Assembly: GCA_963836235.1 (NCBI GenBank)
Contig: CAWIIP010000002.1
Span: 192,001-256,000, forward strand
DNA: 64,000 bases
Direction: 5' to 3'
From: an uncultured Pseudomonadota bacterium
GTDB lineage: Bacteria; Oederibacteriota; Muellerivitia; Muellerivitales; Muellerivitaceae
The stretch's first letter is position 1, and every line of letters starts with the position of its first letter. The notes beneath the pieces are model-generated. The model saw only the letters and a program-made list of their open reading frames with translations. It ran no database searches and was not told where the DNA came from. The translations under genes were made by a program, and so were the position numbers. Of this stretch, positions 26,762-35,981 are shown in pieces.

Positions 26762-27013
26762 TTACCCGGTATGTGCCATTGTGCCAACGTGCCAGCCCCG
26801 TACCCCCCATTTGAAAACCCACTAAAAGGCCGACTTTTCAATGTGCCAATATGCCACCGGATATTGGCTATCGCCCACGGGAGGAGCATCCCATTTGAAC
26901 CCAAAGAATAACAACTAACCTCTTCCCCGGTCGCCTAGAGATACAGAATCAAAATCTCCCAAATAGAAGGCTAAATTAGTACCCCTGGCGATTCCGAGAT
27001 AAAATGAACGTAT

Positions 27014-30000
27014 ATGAAAACTAGGTCATGCCTGACCATCCTTTTTTTAACCCTCACACCCCTTCTTCGTGCCCAAACCTGGACCACGGTTGGCATGGGC
27101 GGGGGCGGGGCCCAATATGCCCCGGCTATTTCCCCTTTGAATTCCAACCTGCGCTTTGTCGGCTGCGATATGTCGGGCTGGTACCGCAGCGCCGACGGCG
27201 GCAATACCTGGAGCATGCTGGATTTCTACCAGATCAGCACTGCGGTGGATTACGGGTTCAACAACGGGGTCATGTGTCCCATGGCTTTCAGCCCTACCAA
27301 CGCCAACACCGTCTACGGCTTCGGGGCCCAGCAGGACACTCAACTGAACTCCCCCAACCTTTTGGTCAGCAACGACGGCGGCCAAACCTGGACGGTCGTG
27401 CCGGGCGCCAATCCCGGCCCATGGCCCGCCTGGGGCAACACGGGAGGACGGATTACCCAGATCTATATCGACCGGGGCGACGCCAATTTCATCCTGATCG
27501 GGACCGACAACGGAGTCTGGCGCAGCACGAACGGAGGTACCAACTTCTCGGCCACAACCGGCAGTTCGGGTTATGTGAACGGCTTTATGGTGGACCAATC
27601 CTCAACCCTCGGCAACCGAACCTGCTACGTGGGCACTTCGGCGGGGGTTTTTAAATCGACAAACGAAGGCGGCACCTGGTCCGCCGCCAACACGGGCCTT
27701 CCCACCGCCAACGTCCTGGGTTTCGCGGGCGCCAGCACTGGGACGACCGGGGCCACCAAGATTTTCGTGGTGGAGGCCAGCACCAACCAGGTCTATACCT
27801 CAACCAATGCTTCTTCCTGGACCCTCTCCCTGCCCAGTTCGACCAACAGCTCCACGATGGTGGCCTGCGCGGACAACGACATCACCACCGCCTATGTCAC
27901 CAACACCGGAAACCGAAATATCTATCAGACTGTCAACGGGGGAACTTCCTGGTCCCTGGTCTTCAACGACAGCTCCCCGGTCGCCAACCTCTTCGACGGC
28001 TGGATCGATTTCGACCTGAGCTTCTCGGGCTGGGGCTCACCAGTGGATGGGCTTGGGGTGAATAGTGCCAATTCCAGCCAGGTGATGTTTTCCGATCTGG
28101 GCGAGACCTTCAAGAGCGACACGGCCGGGGTGAGCTGGACGGAAGCCTATTCCAATTTCGCGGGGAGCCCGCCGCCTTCCCAGGGCCAATCCTGGTCCTC
28201 GCGGGGGTTGGAAGTCACCAGCGTCTTTCAATACGCCTTTGACCCCAACAACGCCAATTACAATTACATCTGCGCCTCGGACATCGGCTTTTGCTGGTCC
28301 GGCGACTCAGGCGCGACCTGGCACAACACTGCCCGCCGCAACGACGGGTCTTTTCCTTCAGGTTGGACGGAAACTTTCTATCACGTGGCCTTCAACTCGA
28401 CCGCGGGTACAGTCTTCGCCGCGGTTTCCAGCTTGCACGACCTGGACCATTCCAATCCCATTGGTAAGGCGGGCACAGGCGGGGTGATCAAGAGCACCAA
28501 CTATGGCGGCACCTGGACCACTTCCTCCAGCGGCCTGCCTTCCGCCCCCGATACTTCTGTCGTCTACGACCCGGTCAACCTGGTCTTTTACACGGCCCTC
28601 TGGGGGCAGGGAGTTTACAAATCCACCAACAACTGCGCCAGTTGGACAGCCTGTGCCACCCAGCCCGTTATCGGAACCAACAAGGACGTTTATTCTTTGA
28701 AGATGGTAGGCGGTAACCTTTATTGCCTTCTCTCGTCCCAAAAGGGTTATGCCAACCCAGGGGGCCTTTTTGTTTCCGCAAACGGTGGCGGCACCTGGAC
28801 CAATATCGCAACCAACGTGAACGGGAGCGCGCCCTACTACCCCACGGAATTCGACGTGAACCCTTCCAACCCCACCACGATCTTCCTGGCGGCCCAGGAT
28901 GCCAGTTCCTCCACCGGCGGCTGTTACCGCACCATCAATGGCGGCACCAGTTGGACGAAGATGGCCATTCCAGTGACCCTCTATGGGACCCCGGGCTATA
29001 CACCCTACGGCTGGGCCCCCTCCATCGACCCCAGCAATCCCACCACCGTCTATTACGGTACGGAGAACCAGGGCTTTTTCGAATCCACCGACGATGGCAA
29101 CACCTGGGCCCGGGTGACGACCCTTCCCTTCAGTTCGATCCAACACGTCGCTTTTGGGAACAATGCCACCTATGTGGGCACCTTCGGCGGGGGAGTTTGG
29201 AAACTGGCCAATAGTTCTTCCACCACCGCCACACCCTCATCCACCCCTTCGGCGACGCCCTCCGGGCCTACGCCCACTCCTACTTCGACCGCAACCCGAA
29301 CCACCACTTTCACCCCTACGACCACCGCCACCTCTAGCGCGACCGCCTCACCCACTTTGACGCCTACGGCCACCACCACCTTTACGCCCACCAGTACCTC
29401 TACATCCACTTCCTCTTCAACACCCTCCAATACCTCCTCCGGTCCAACGAACACCCCGACTTTAAGCCCAACCTGGACAGCTACCACTACCTCCACAGCT
29501 ACGGCCACCTCTTCTCCAACCGCGTCTCCTACTTTAACGGCCACAACCACCGCAACCCCAACTCTCACCGGCACCCCTACCTTCACGGCCTCAAAAACGT
29601 CAACTTTTACTCCAACCTCTACCGAAACCAACAGCGCCACCTCCACGCCAACCTTCACACCCACCGCAACTTTTTCACCGACCATTACACCGACAGGTAC
29701 CTTGCCTCCTACCAATACATCCACGTCCACCTTAACGAAAACTCCCACCTTCACCGCAACCCTCACCAACAGCCCCACCGGAACCTTGACCACCAACTCT
29801 ACCTCAACAACCTCCCCAACCCCTCGTCCAGCGGGAACAATCCTGCCCTATCCCAACCCCGTGATGGGCCCTGGTCCCGTTCAAATCCAACTCACACTGG
29901 ATCAGGCAGCAAAGGACATAACGGTATCGGTTTTCACCACGGCTTTCCGGAAGATCAACGAAGTGGATTATGGCGCCCAACTCGCCGGACCGGTAACCCT

Positions 30001-30112
30001 GCCCTTGGTCACCCAGGATAAAGGTGGCGTACCGCTGGCGAACGGCCTTTATTACCTGGTGGTTAAAGAACCCGAAGGTCACTCGGTTGGGAAATTGATG
30101 GTTTTAAGGTAG
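27014..30112 (+). CDS. Secreted BNR/Asp-box double beta-propeller (GH74/sortilin-like) with Thr-rich linker and CTD-like C-terminus
   Basis: GMGGGG, GCDMSGWYRSADGG.TW, many SxDGGxTW boxes; YPNP...LANGLYY...GKLMVLR. Confidence 0.88.
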   Translation: MKTRSCLTILFLTLTPLLRAQTWTTVGMGGGGAQYAPAISPLNSNLRFVGCDMSGWYRSADGGNTWSMLDFYQISTAVDYGFNNGVMCPMAFSPTNANTVYGFGAQQDTQLNSPNLLVSNDGGQTWTVVPGANPGPWPAWGNTGGRITQIYIDRGDANFILIGTDNGVWRSTNGGTNFSATTGSSGYVNGFMVDQSSTLGNRTCYVGTSAGVFKSTNEGGTWSAANTGLPTANVLGFAGASTGTTGATKIFVVEASTNQVYTSTNASSWTLSLPSSTNSSTMVACADNDITTAYVTNTGNRNIYQTVNGGTSWSLVFNDSSPVANLFDGWIDFDLSFSGWGSPVDGLGVNSANSSQVMFSDLGETFKSDTAGVSWTEAYSNFAGSPPPSQGQSWSSRGLEVTSVFQYAFDPNNANYNYICASDIGFCWSGDSGATWHNTARRNDGSFPSGWTETFYHVAFNSTAGTVFAAVSSLHDLDHSNPIGKAGTGGVIKSTNYGGTWTTSSSGLPSAPDTSVVYDPVNLVFYTALWGQGVYKSTNNCASWTACATQPVIGTNKDVYSLKMVGGNLYCLLSSQKGYANPGGLFVSANGGGTWTNIATNVNGSAPYYPTEFDVNPSNPTTIFLAAQDASSSTGGCYRTINGGTSWTKMAIPVTLYGTPGYTPYGWAPSIDPSNPTTVYYGTENQGFFESTDDGNTWARVTTLPFSSIQHVAFGNNATYVGTFGGGVWKLANSSSTTATPSSTPSATPSGPTPTPTSTATRTTTFTPTTTATSSATASPTLTPTATTTFTPTSTSTSTSSSTPSNTSSGPTNTPTLSPTWTATTTSTATATSSPTASPTLTATTTATPTLTGTPTFTASKTSTFTPTSTETNSATSTPTFTPTATFSPTITPTGTLPPTNTSTSTLTKTPTFTATLTNSPTGTLTTNSTSTTSPTPRPAGTILPYPNPVMGPGPVQIQLTLDQAAKDITVSVFTTAFRKINEVDYGAQLAGPVTLPLVTQDKGGVPLANGLYYLVVKEPEGHSVGKLMVLR

Positions 30113-30158
30113 ACCGGCTTGTTAGAAGGTTGCTGAAAAAATATTTTTCATATCCGAG

Positions 30159-30665
30159 TTAATGTTCGAGAGACCCTAACAACCCCGGAGTAACGACTTC
30201 CTGAACGATGGGTTGGGCCAGGAATTTTCCATCTCTGTATTTCAGTGTGATATGGTTGGTCTTGGCGTTCAGGTAATCCATGACGAAATCATTTTCCCCC
30301 AGGGTCACGCCGAAGTTTCTTTGGATTTTAGGGTTGAAACTCAAGACCAGCTTTCGGGTTAACTCCAACTTATCCTGGGCGATCTTGGGATCGGCTTGGA
30401 TGCCGACCACTGAAAGTTCGATCACTTTTTCTTGCGGGTCATAGGTGACCCCTACCCGGTAAACTTCGGGATTACCCATTATGTCCCCCGGTTTTTTGGA
30501 TTCTAGAACGGCGCTGACGGAAATCATCATGGATTGCAGGTAATTGGCCACCCGCTCACCGGCGGTAATGGTTTGAGGTTCGCCGAGGGCCTCATTCCCC
30601 GCGCAGACTCGCCCACTCAGGACTAGACCCAGAAACAACGTCCCTACCAGTTTTCGAGAGATCAT
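30159..30665 (-). CDS. Exported hypothetical protein
   Basis: Signal peptide; directly downstream of ychF. Confidence 0.65.
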   Translation of the reverse strand: MISRKLVGTLFLGLVLSGRVCAGNEALGEPQTITAGERVANYLQSMMISVSAVLESKKPGDIMGNPEVYRVGVTYDPQEKVIELSVVGIQADPKIAQDKLELTRKLVLSFNPKIQRNFGVTLGENDFVMDYLNAKTNHITLKYRDGKFLAQPIVQEVVTPGLLGSLEH

Positions 30666-30674
30666 AAATTCCCC

Positions 30675-31769
30675 TTACACATTAAATCGGAAATGCACTA
30701 CATCGCCGTCTTTCATGACATATTCTTTGCCTTCGGTGCGAAGTTTGCCTGCCTCCCTGGCCTTGGCGGTGGAACTAGCCGTCACCAAATCTTCGAAGGA
30801 ATAAACCTCCGCTTTGATGAACCCACGCTCAATATCGGAATGAATTTTTCCCGCCGCCTGGGGCGCTAAAGTTCCCTTGGTAATGGTCCAAGCCCGGGCT
30901 TCCATTGGCCCCGCCGTGAAATAGGAAATGAGCCCCAGTGTTTCATAGGACTTGCGGATGATGGCGTGAAGCCCCCGTTCCTTGATTCCCAGGTCCTCGA
31001 GGAACTGCTGGGCTTCTTCCTCGGGCAATTCAGCCACCTCAGACTCGATCTTGGCGGAGATGGGAAGACAGCCAGCCTGGTGCGATTCCGCGTGTTTTTT
31101 GAGAACCTGGTAATACTTGTTCTGGTTGGGATCGGCCAAGTCGTTCTCGGATACGTTGCCGATGAAAAGAAAGGGTTTGCGGGTAAGTAAGCTCAGTTCT
31201 TTCAGCTTCTTTTCCTGCTCCGGCGTGGCGGAAAGCGAAATGGCGGGTTTTCCTTCTTCTAGTACCTTCTTCACCGCCGAAAACAAATCCCATTCCAAGA
31301 GGGCTTCCTTGTCCCCCGCCCGTTTTCCCTTTTCGGTCCGCTGCAGGCGCTTATCCACCGTTTCCAGGTCGGCCAGACAAAGCTCGGTGAGGATGATTTC
31401 AATGTCGCGGACAGGATCGATGGACCCTTCCACATGGATGATATTGCCGTCCTCGAAGCAACGGACTACCATCGCGATGGCGTCCACCTCGCGAATGTGG
31501 GACAGGAACTTGTTGCCCAGTCCCTCCCCCTTGCTGGCGCCCTTTACCAACCCGGCGATATCCACGAATTCCACGATGGCCGGAACCTGTTTTTCACTCT
31601 TCTCAATGGCCGCCAACTTTCCAATGCGGTCATCAGGTACGGTTACGACTCCCACGTTGGGATCAATGGTACAAAAGGGATAGTTTTCCGCCGGAGCCTT
31701 GGATTTGGTAATGGCGTTAAATAGGGTGGACTTACCCACGTTGGGTAAACCGACGATTCCAATTTTCAT
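30675..31769 (-). CDS. ychF: Redox-regulated ATPase YchF
   Basis: GIVGLPNVGKSTLFNA, NYPFCTIDPN, DIAGLV, C-terminal TGS domain. Confidence 0.97.
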   Translation of the reverse strand: MKIGIVGLPNVGKSTLFNAITKSKAPAENYPFCTIDPNVGVVTVPDDRIGKLAAIEKSEKQVPAIVEFVDIAGLVKGASKGEGLGNKFLSHIREVDAIAMVVRCFEDGNIIHVEGSIDPVRDIEIILTELCLADLETVDKRLQRTEKGKRAGDKEALLEWDLFSAVKKVLEEGKPAISLSATPEQEKKLKELSLLTRKPFLFIGNVSENDLADPNQNKYYQVLKKHAESHQAGCLPISAKIESEVAELPEEEAQQFLEDLGIKERGLHAIIRKSYETLGLISYFTAGPMEARAWTITKGTLAPQAAGKIHSDIERGFIKAEVYSFEDLVTASSTAKAREAGKLRTEGKEYVMKDGDVVHFRFNV

Positions 31770-31787
31770 TCAGTACTCCAAAGGATA

Positions 31788-31874
31788 TTTCACTGCGGAG
31801 GACACAGAGTTTAAACCGAAAAAGATAATTTGTCTCAAAATCCTTGTGCTTTTCTCCGCGTCTTCGCGGTGAAA
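31788..31874. repeat. Imperfect intergenic inverted repeat (REP-like)
   Basis: tttcactgcggaggacacagag ... ctccgcgtcttcgcggtgaaa. Confidence 0.5.
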
Positions 31875-31877
31875 AAC

Positions 31878-32735
31878 TTATTGGATTTTCTGAATCAGCA
31901 CCGGTAATTGGGCGGGTTTGGGCACCATCTGTAGCACCCAGGAGCGGGCCGGGGGCGTATTCAATTGCTCCGCCGAGGGCAAGAGATCGTCATACCAAAG
32001 AATAGTCTTGTCGGCGTAATTTTCCATGCGCTTGAAGCGCACCGAGTATCCACCCGTGGGTTTCTGCCCCGTAAAGAAAACCACTAAATCGTTCTTGCTG
32101 AAATCAACGGCGGGCGGATCCAGCCCTGGCTCCAAAAGACGCCAATAGAGGTTGTAATGATCCTCGTCGGAAATGATTTCGTCATATGAAAATGCCACAG
32201 GGGCATTAGGCCCACCCCACTGCGGAAGCCCGGTTAAATCCAGCACCATATCGAGGGAAGGCGAAATGCCGAAAGCGTGAATTCCGTGCTGGGAAAGCCA
32301 CCTCTTGGTGCCCTTGACATAGGTGTTATCACCCGCGTTTTGAATAAAGTGGGTCAAAAAAGCCAAGGCCACAAATAGAAGGAGGATACCGAGAATAGGC
32401 TTAAAGGAAGAAGGTTTTCGGGATACATCAATTGGCGGCAAAGCCACCGTTTCTTTCGGGGGACGCTGCTTTTTCGGGACTATTTCCGTTTCTTTGGGAA
32501 GAGATGGCTTAGGTGGTTTAAATAACCACCGTAAAATCTTCAAATCCCAAGGTTCGGAAGGCGGATTAGCCGAGACCGCCGGGGCCTTGACCGCACCACC
32601 GCGTAAACGGTCCAACTCTTTACGGGCGGAAGCACAAAGATTTAAATGCCGGGCTACCATTCTGCGGTCCCGAGCGGAAAGGCTGTCGTTTAAATAGCCC
32701 CGCAACAAAGGATGTAATTGTTCGCACTCGTTCAT
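31878..32735 (-). CDS. zf-HC2 (anti-sigma-like) domain, TM segment and PrcB C-terminal-like domain
   Basis: MNCxxxxxLL.GYL...L......V..HL..C; P.VDFSK...V.FF.GQKPTGGYSV. Confidence 0.7.
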   Translation of the reverse strand: MNECEQLHPLLRGYLNDSLSARDRRMVARHLNLCASARKELDRLRGGAVKAPAVSANPPSEPWDLKILRWLFKPPKPSLPKETEIVPKKQRPPKETVALPPIDVSRKPSSFKPILGILLLFVALAFLTHFIQNAGDNTYVKGTKRWLSQHGIHAFGISPSLDMVLDLTGLPQWGGPNAPVAFSYDEIISDEDHYNLYWRLLEPGLDPPAVDFSKNDLVVFFTGQKPTGGYSVRFKRMENYADKTILWYDDLLPSAEQLNTPPARSWVLQMVPKPAQLPVLIQKIQ

Positions 32736-32946
32736 TTCCAGCCTTATTCCAGGTAAAACTCTTTTAATGGCTTTTTCAAAAACTATAGTATCAAAAACCA
32801 AGCATATCTTCACGGTTGATTCAATGGATTTCCAGTGAACCAAAGCTTCGTGCCCTCAGTCTGATCGGATAGGTCGTCTTGACTTTTCCTACCTCGGTGA
32901 ATAACGTAGGCCGGTCGATTTTTAAAACATGATACATGGAGGAAAT

Positions 32947-33549
32947 ATGGGTGACGCGACTTGGACAGAGATATTGAATATCTTTTTCCGCTGGTTCCAC
33001 GTGGTTTTCGGAATTTTGTGGATTGGCTTGTTGTATTTCTTTAATTTCGTGAACGGTCCTTTCAGTAAAACCCTGGATGCCGACTCCAAAAAGAAGGTAG
33101 TTCCGGAACTCATGCCTAGGGCCCTTTTCTTTTTTCGTTGGGGCGCCATGCTCACCTTTTTGATTGGCCTGGTCCTTCTTTATATCAATTACCTGATGCC
33201 CGGCCATGAAGCCGACTTCGACAGTGCTCGGGGGCATTGGATTATGTTGGGAGCAGGTTTCGGGCTTGTAATGTGGTTCAACGTCTGGTTCATTATTTGG
33301 CCGGCGCAAAAAAAAATCATCAATGGTATCAAGACAGGTAATCCCGCCCCGCCGGAATTGGCGCCTCGGGCAGCCCTAGCCTCCAAAGTGAACACTTACC
33401 TTTCCTTCCCCTTGGTTTTCGCCATGTTGGCCGCGGGAAAGCATTTCATCCACGACGAGTGGTACTGGTACGTGGGAGTCATCGCGATCGGTTTTTTCTC
33501 CGCTAATGGTCTCTATAGGCGGGCTTCCAAGGTTTCTACGGAAGTTTAA
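32947..33549 (+). CDS. Urate hydroxylase PuuD N-terminal-like membrane protein
   Basis: RWFHVVFGILWIGLLYFFNF, FFRWGA, MWFNVWFIIWPAQKK, NTYLSFP. Confidence 0.8.
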   Translation: MGDATWTEILNIFFRWFHVVFGILWIGLLYFFNFVNGPFSKTLDADSKKKVVPELMPRALFFFRWGAMLTFLIGLVLLYINYLMPGHEADFDSARGHWIMLGAGFGLVMWFNVWFIIWPAQKKIINGIKTGNPAPPELAPRAALASKVNTYLSFPLVFAMLAAGKHFIHDEWYWYVGVIAIGFFSANGLYRRASKVSTEV

Positions 33550-33572
33550 TCCTTAAAAGTCGGATTAAAAAC

Positions 33573-33604
33573 AAAAAGGCCCTGGCAGATCCAGGGCCTT
33601 TTTT
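33573..33604. terminator. Bidirectional intrinsic terminator
   Basis: aaaaaggccctgg-cagat-ccagggcctttttt between convergent genes. Confidence 0.85.
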
Positions 33605-33624
33605 ATTGTCCCGCTTTTGAAACT

Positions 33625-34176
33625 TTAGTTGGTAATAGGGTGTCCGGAGGTATTTCCCAGAATTTCGGGATTAAAATCCACCTTATGTTCGAGGAAGTTT
33701 TTGAGATAAGTTCGCCTGATTGTTTTGAAAAACTTCTCTAACTCCGGATCGGCGTGATTGGATTCCATGGCCAAAAGATTGAGCGCAATGGCAAAGGCGG
33801 TTTCCACGTGTTCATGGCGAAATTCCAAGCTCTTTGTTACAAAATCGTTATAGCGTTTAATGCCCTGCTTGTAAATGTCCATAGCCTTTTGATTATCCTG
33901 GCCTTGGTAAAACTTCCCCATTAGGTAAAAGATCTCAAGATCAAGAACATCCGAATGTACAATGTTCTCGAATTGGTTGACGGCTTCGACAACGTGGAAT
34001 TTAGAAGTGGAATCCTGAAAATAGCTATTGAGGCAGTATTTGGCGAAGCGGGCCCTAAGGTAATGGTCTTGGGGGTTCCGGCGGAGGGCATCCTTGTAGC
34101 GCTTAAACTCCACTAATTGAACAAGTTTTTTAAGAAGATTGAGGAATGGGGAAGCGATACTCGCTAGGAAACTCAT
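33625..34176 (-). CDS. Hypothetical helical (TPR-like) protein
   Basis: Long ORF with TPR-like segments (FYLMGKFY...AMDIYKQGI). Confidence 0.6.
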   Translation of the reverse strand: MSFLASIASPFLNLLKKLVQLVEFKRYKDALRRNPQDHYLRARFAKYCLNSYFQDSTSKFHVVEAVNQFENIVHSDVLDLEIFYLMGKFYQGQDNQKAMDIYKQGIKRYNDFVTKSLEFRHEHVETAFAIALNLLAMESNHADPELEKFFKTIRRTYLKNFLEHKVDFNPEILGNTSGHPITN

Positions 34177-34334
34177 AGTAATAAAAGTTTATCACCGGTC
34201 TTAAAAGCTTGTCAAAGTTAAAGGCGATAAATAGTGAAAATCGATCTTATATTGTTAGCAACATTTTCGACCGGTTTTGCCGATTTCATTATTTTTTATA
34301 AGCTTGTCAAAAGGATCAATGGAGAAAAATCGTC

Positions 34335-34802
34335 TTACAAATTTTCATCCGCGGCGGACCCTTCTTTTCCTTGAAGGGATTTCAGCATATCGACCTGTTG
34401 AGGCGTAAGGATTTTTTTCTCCAGCTCTAATTTGGCTTTTACCTGAACCCCCAACCTTTGGCCTTTTAATTCTCCAATATTCTGAACAATTAAATCCAGT
34501 TTCGCCTGATCCGGATCCGGTTTTTCAAGTTCATTTTCTAAATCCACTTCTTTGACTTTTAATTGACCATCCAAGACCGCTATGGACTTGCGGTAAGCGG
34601 CCCGGTGTTGCTGGAGTAATTTGTGCTGGTCATCCGTCAATTGGAGGCGCTTGATAATTTCACGGCGAGTCAGATGGGTGGATTGGATTTCCGTGGGCTT
34701 GGCTTTGGGCGAATTATCCACAACCGGCTGCGAATAAGAAAACCGACCGCACAGTATGACCAAAAAACTAACCATCACCGCTATGACGTATTTGCTTTTC
34801 AT
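34335..34802 (-). CDS. Spy/CpxP-family periplasmic protein
   Basis: Signal peptide; LQLTDDQ and ILTPQQ (LTxxQ) motifs. Confidence 0.85.
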   Translation of the reverse strand: MKSKYVIAVMVSFLVILCGRFSYSQPVVDNSPKAKPTEIQSTHLTRREIIKRLQLTDDQHKLLQQHRAAYRKSIAVLDGQLKVKEVDLENELEKPDPDQAKLDLIVQNIGELKGQRLGVQVKAKLELEKKILTPQQVDMLKSLQGKEGSAADENL

Positions 34803-34820
34803 GCTTCCCCCAAGCCTGGC

Positions 34821-35258
34821 TTAAAGGAGAATTTCATCCCCAGCCAGGACATCTGAATGATCGTCATCATTGGTTAAAAGATCGGCGGTTGAAGTCGATG
34901 GCTCGCTGAGAAGAACGGATACATTGACCAGCCCCGAATCACGAGTCACGTTAGCCCCAGCATTCGAAACCGACATCATGTAAGAAACCATGTCGTTCTT
35001 ATCGTTGGTATCGAGATGATAAAAGGTTCCAGTGAAGCCGATACATAAACAAGCCGCCATGGCGACCCACCGCACCGGATGGCTCCAGGGCCTCCAGATA
35101 ATATGGCTCCAAAAATGCTTTTTCGGAACCGCCAAGCGATCCTCTATCTTAAACCACACCCGGTCGAAAACGACTTCTTCCGGTGCGGCCTTGGCCATCT
35201 TTTTCAAGGTCTTTGTAATGTCTTCGTCTTTCCAAACGCTCTTCATGGTCCACCCCAT
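34821..35258 (-). CDS. Putative membrane-anchored anti-sigma factor
   Basis: Between ECF sigma and Spy genes; single TM; FDRVWFKI. Confidence 0.65.
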   Translation of the reverse strand: MGWTMKSVWKDEDITKTLKKMAKAAPEEVVFDRVWFKIEDRLAVPKKHFWSHIIWRPWSHPVRWVAMAACLCIGFTGTFYHLDTNDKNDMVSYMMSVSNAGANVTRDSGLVNVSVLLSEPSTSTADLLTNDDDHSDVLAGDEILL

Positions 35259-35264
35259 ATTTCT

Positions 35265-35813
35265 CTACACATCTTCGTGCGACAGCCCTTCTTTTTCCAG
35301 AGTTTCTTTTAAAAAAGCCTTGGCCCGATGGATATTTGATTTTACCGACCCCAGAGAAAGCTGAAGAGCCGACGCAATATCCTCATAACTCAACTCATCC
35401 ATTTCCCTCATCAAAAGGCAGGCCTTTTGTTTTTCAGGAAGCTTTTCCAGCGCCTTGGCAATCACCGGGCTCAACCCTAAGTTAACCGCTTTTTCGCTGT
35501 CCTTCTTATCCTGCGCTTCCGGGGCGTTCTCAAAACCCAGGAAAGTTAAAATTTTTCGCCGCCTTAAAAGATCGAGGCAGTGGTTTGTGGTCATCCGGTA
35601 AAGCCACGTGCTAAAAGCCGAATCACCCCGGTAATTTTTAATGCGGTCAAAAACCTTGAGGAATACTTCCTGTAAGGCGTCTTCCCCATCCTGCGGCGTG
35701 CCCAACATGCGCCAAGACAAGTTGTAAACTTTTTTCCGGTGCATTTCATACAAAACATGAAGACCGGCAATGTCCCCCGCTTGGCAACTTTGAATGGCTT
35801 CAAGTTCTGTCAT
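35265..35813 (-). CDS. ECF sigma-70 factor
   Basis: EDALQEVFLKV, FSTWLYR..TNHCLD, LSYEDIA..L..SLGSVKSNIHRA. Confidence 0.95.
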   Translation of the reverse strand: MTELEAIQSCQAGDIAGLHVLYEMHRKKVYNLSWRMLGTPQDGEDALQEVFLKVFDRIKNYRGDSAFSTWLYRMTTNHCLDLLRRRKILTFLGFENAPEAQDKKDSEKAVNLGLSPVIAKALEKLPEKQKACLLMREMDELSYEDIASALQLSLGSVKSNIHRAKAFLKETLEKEGLSHEDV

Positions 35814-35839
35814 TCGCCACCTGGCTTACCTAGTTTTAT

Positions 35840-35866
35840 GACGCTTCACCACTAGGAATAGTTGCA
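35840..35866 (-). promoter_or_regulatory. Probable autoregulatory ECF promoter
   Basis: Minus strand TGCAAC-17 bp-CGTC, about 27 bp upstream of the sigma start. Confidence 0.6.
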
Positions 35867-35981
35867 GGAATGCATGTCAAACAACAATTTTTGGGGGCCA
35901 TTGGTACCAAAGACAAATATTTCGGCAGGAATAGAGAAGGAGCCGCTTCCAACGTTTTCAGGGACTCTTTCCGACCAGATT

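Noticed and set aside
30113-30158. IS-end-like motif aggttgctgaaaaa (also ggcctctcacaaaa near 12943)
   Set aside because: Single short matches with no transposase or partner IR
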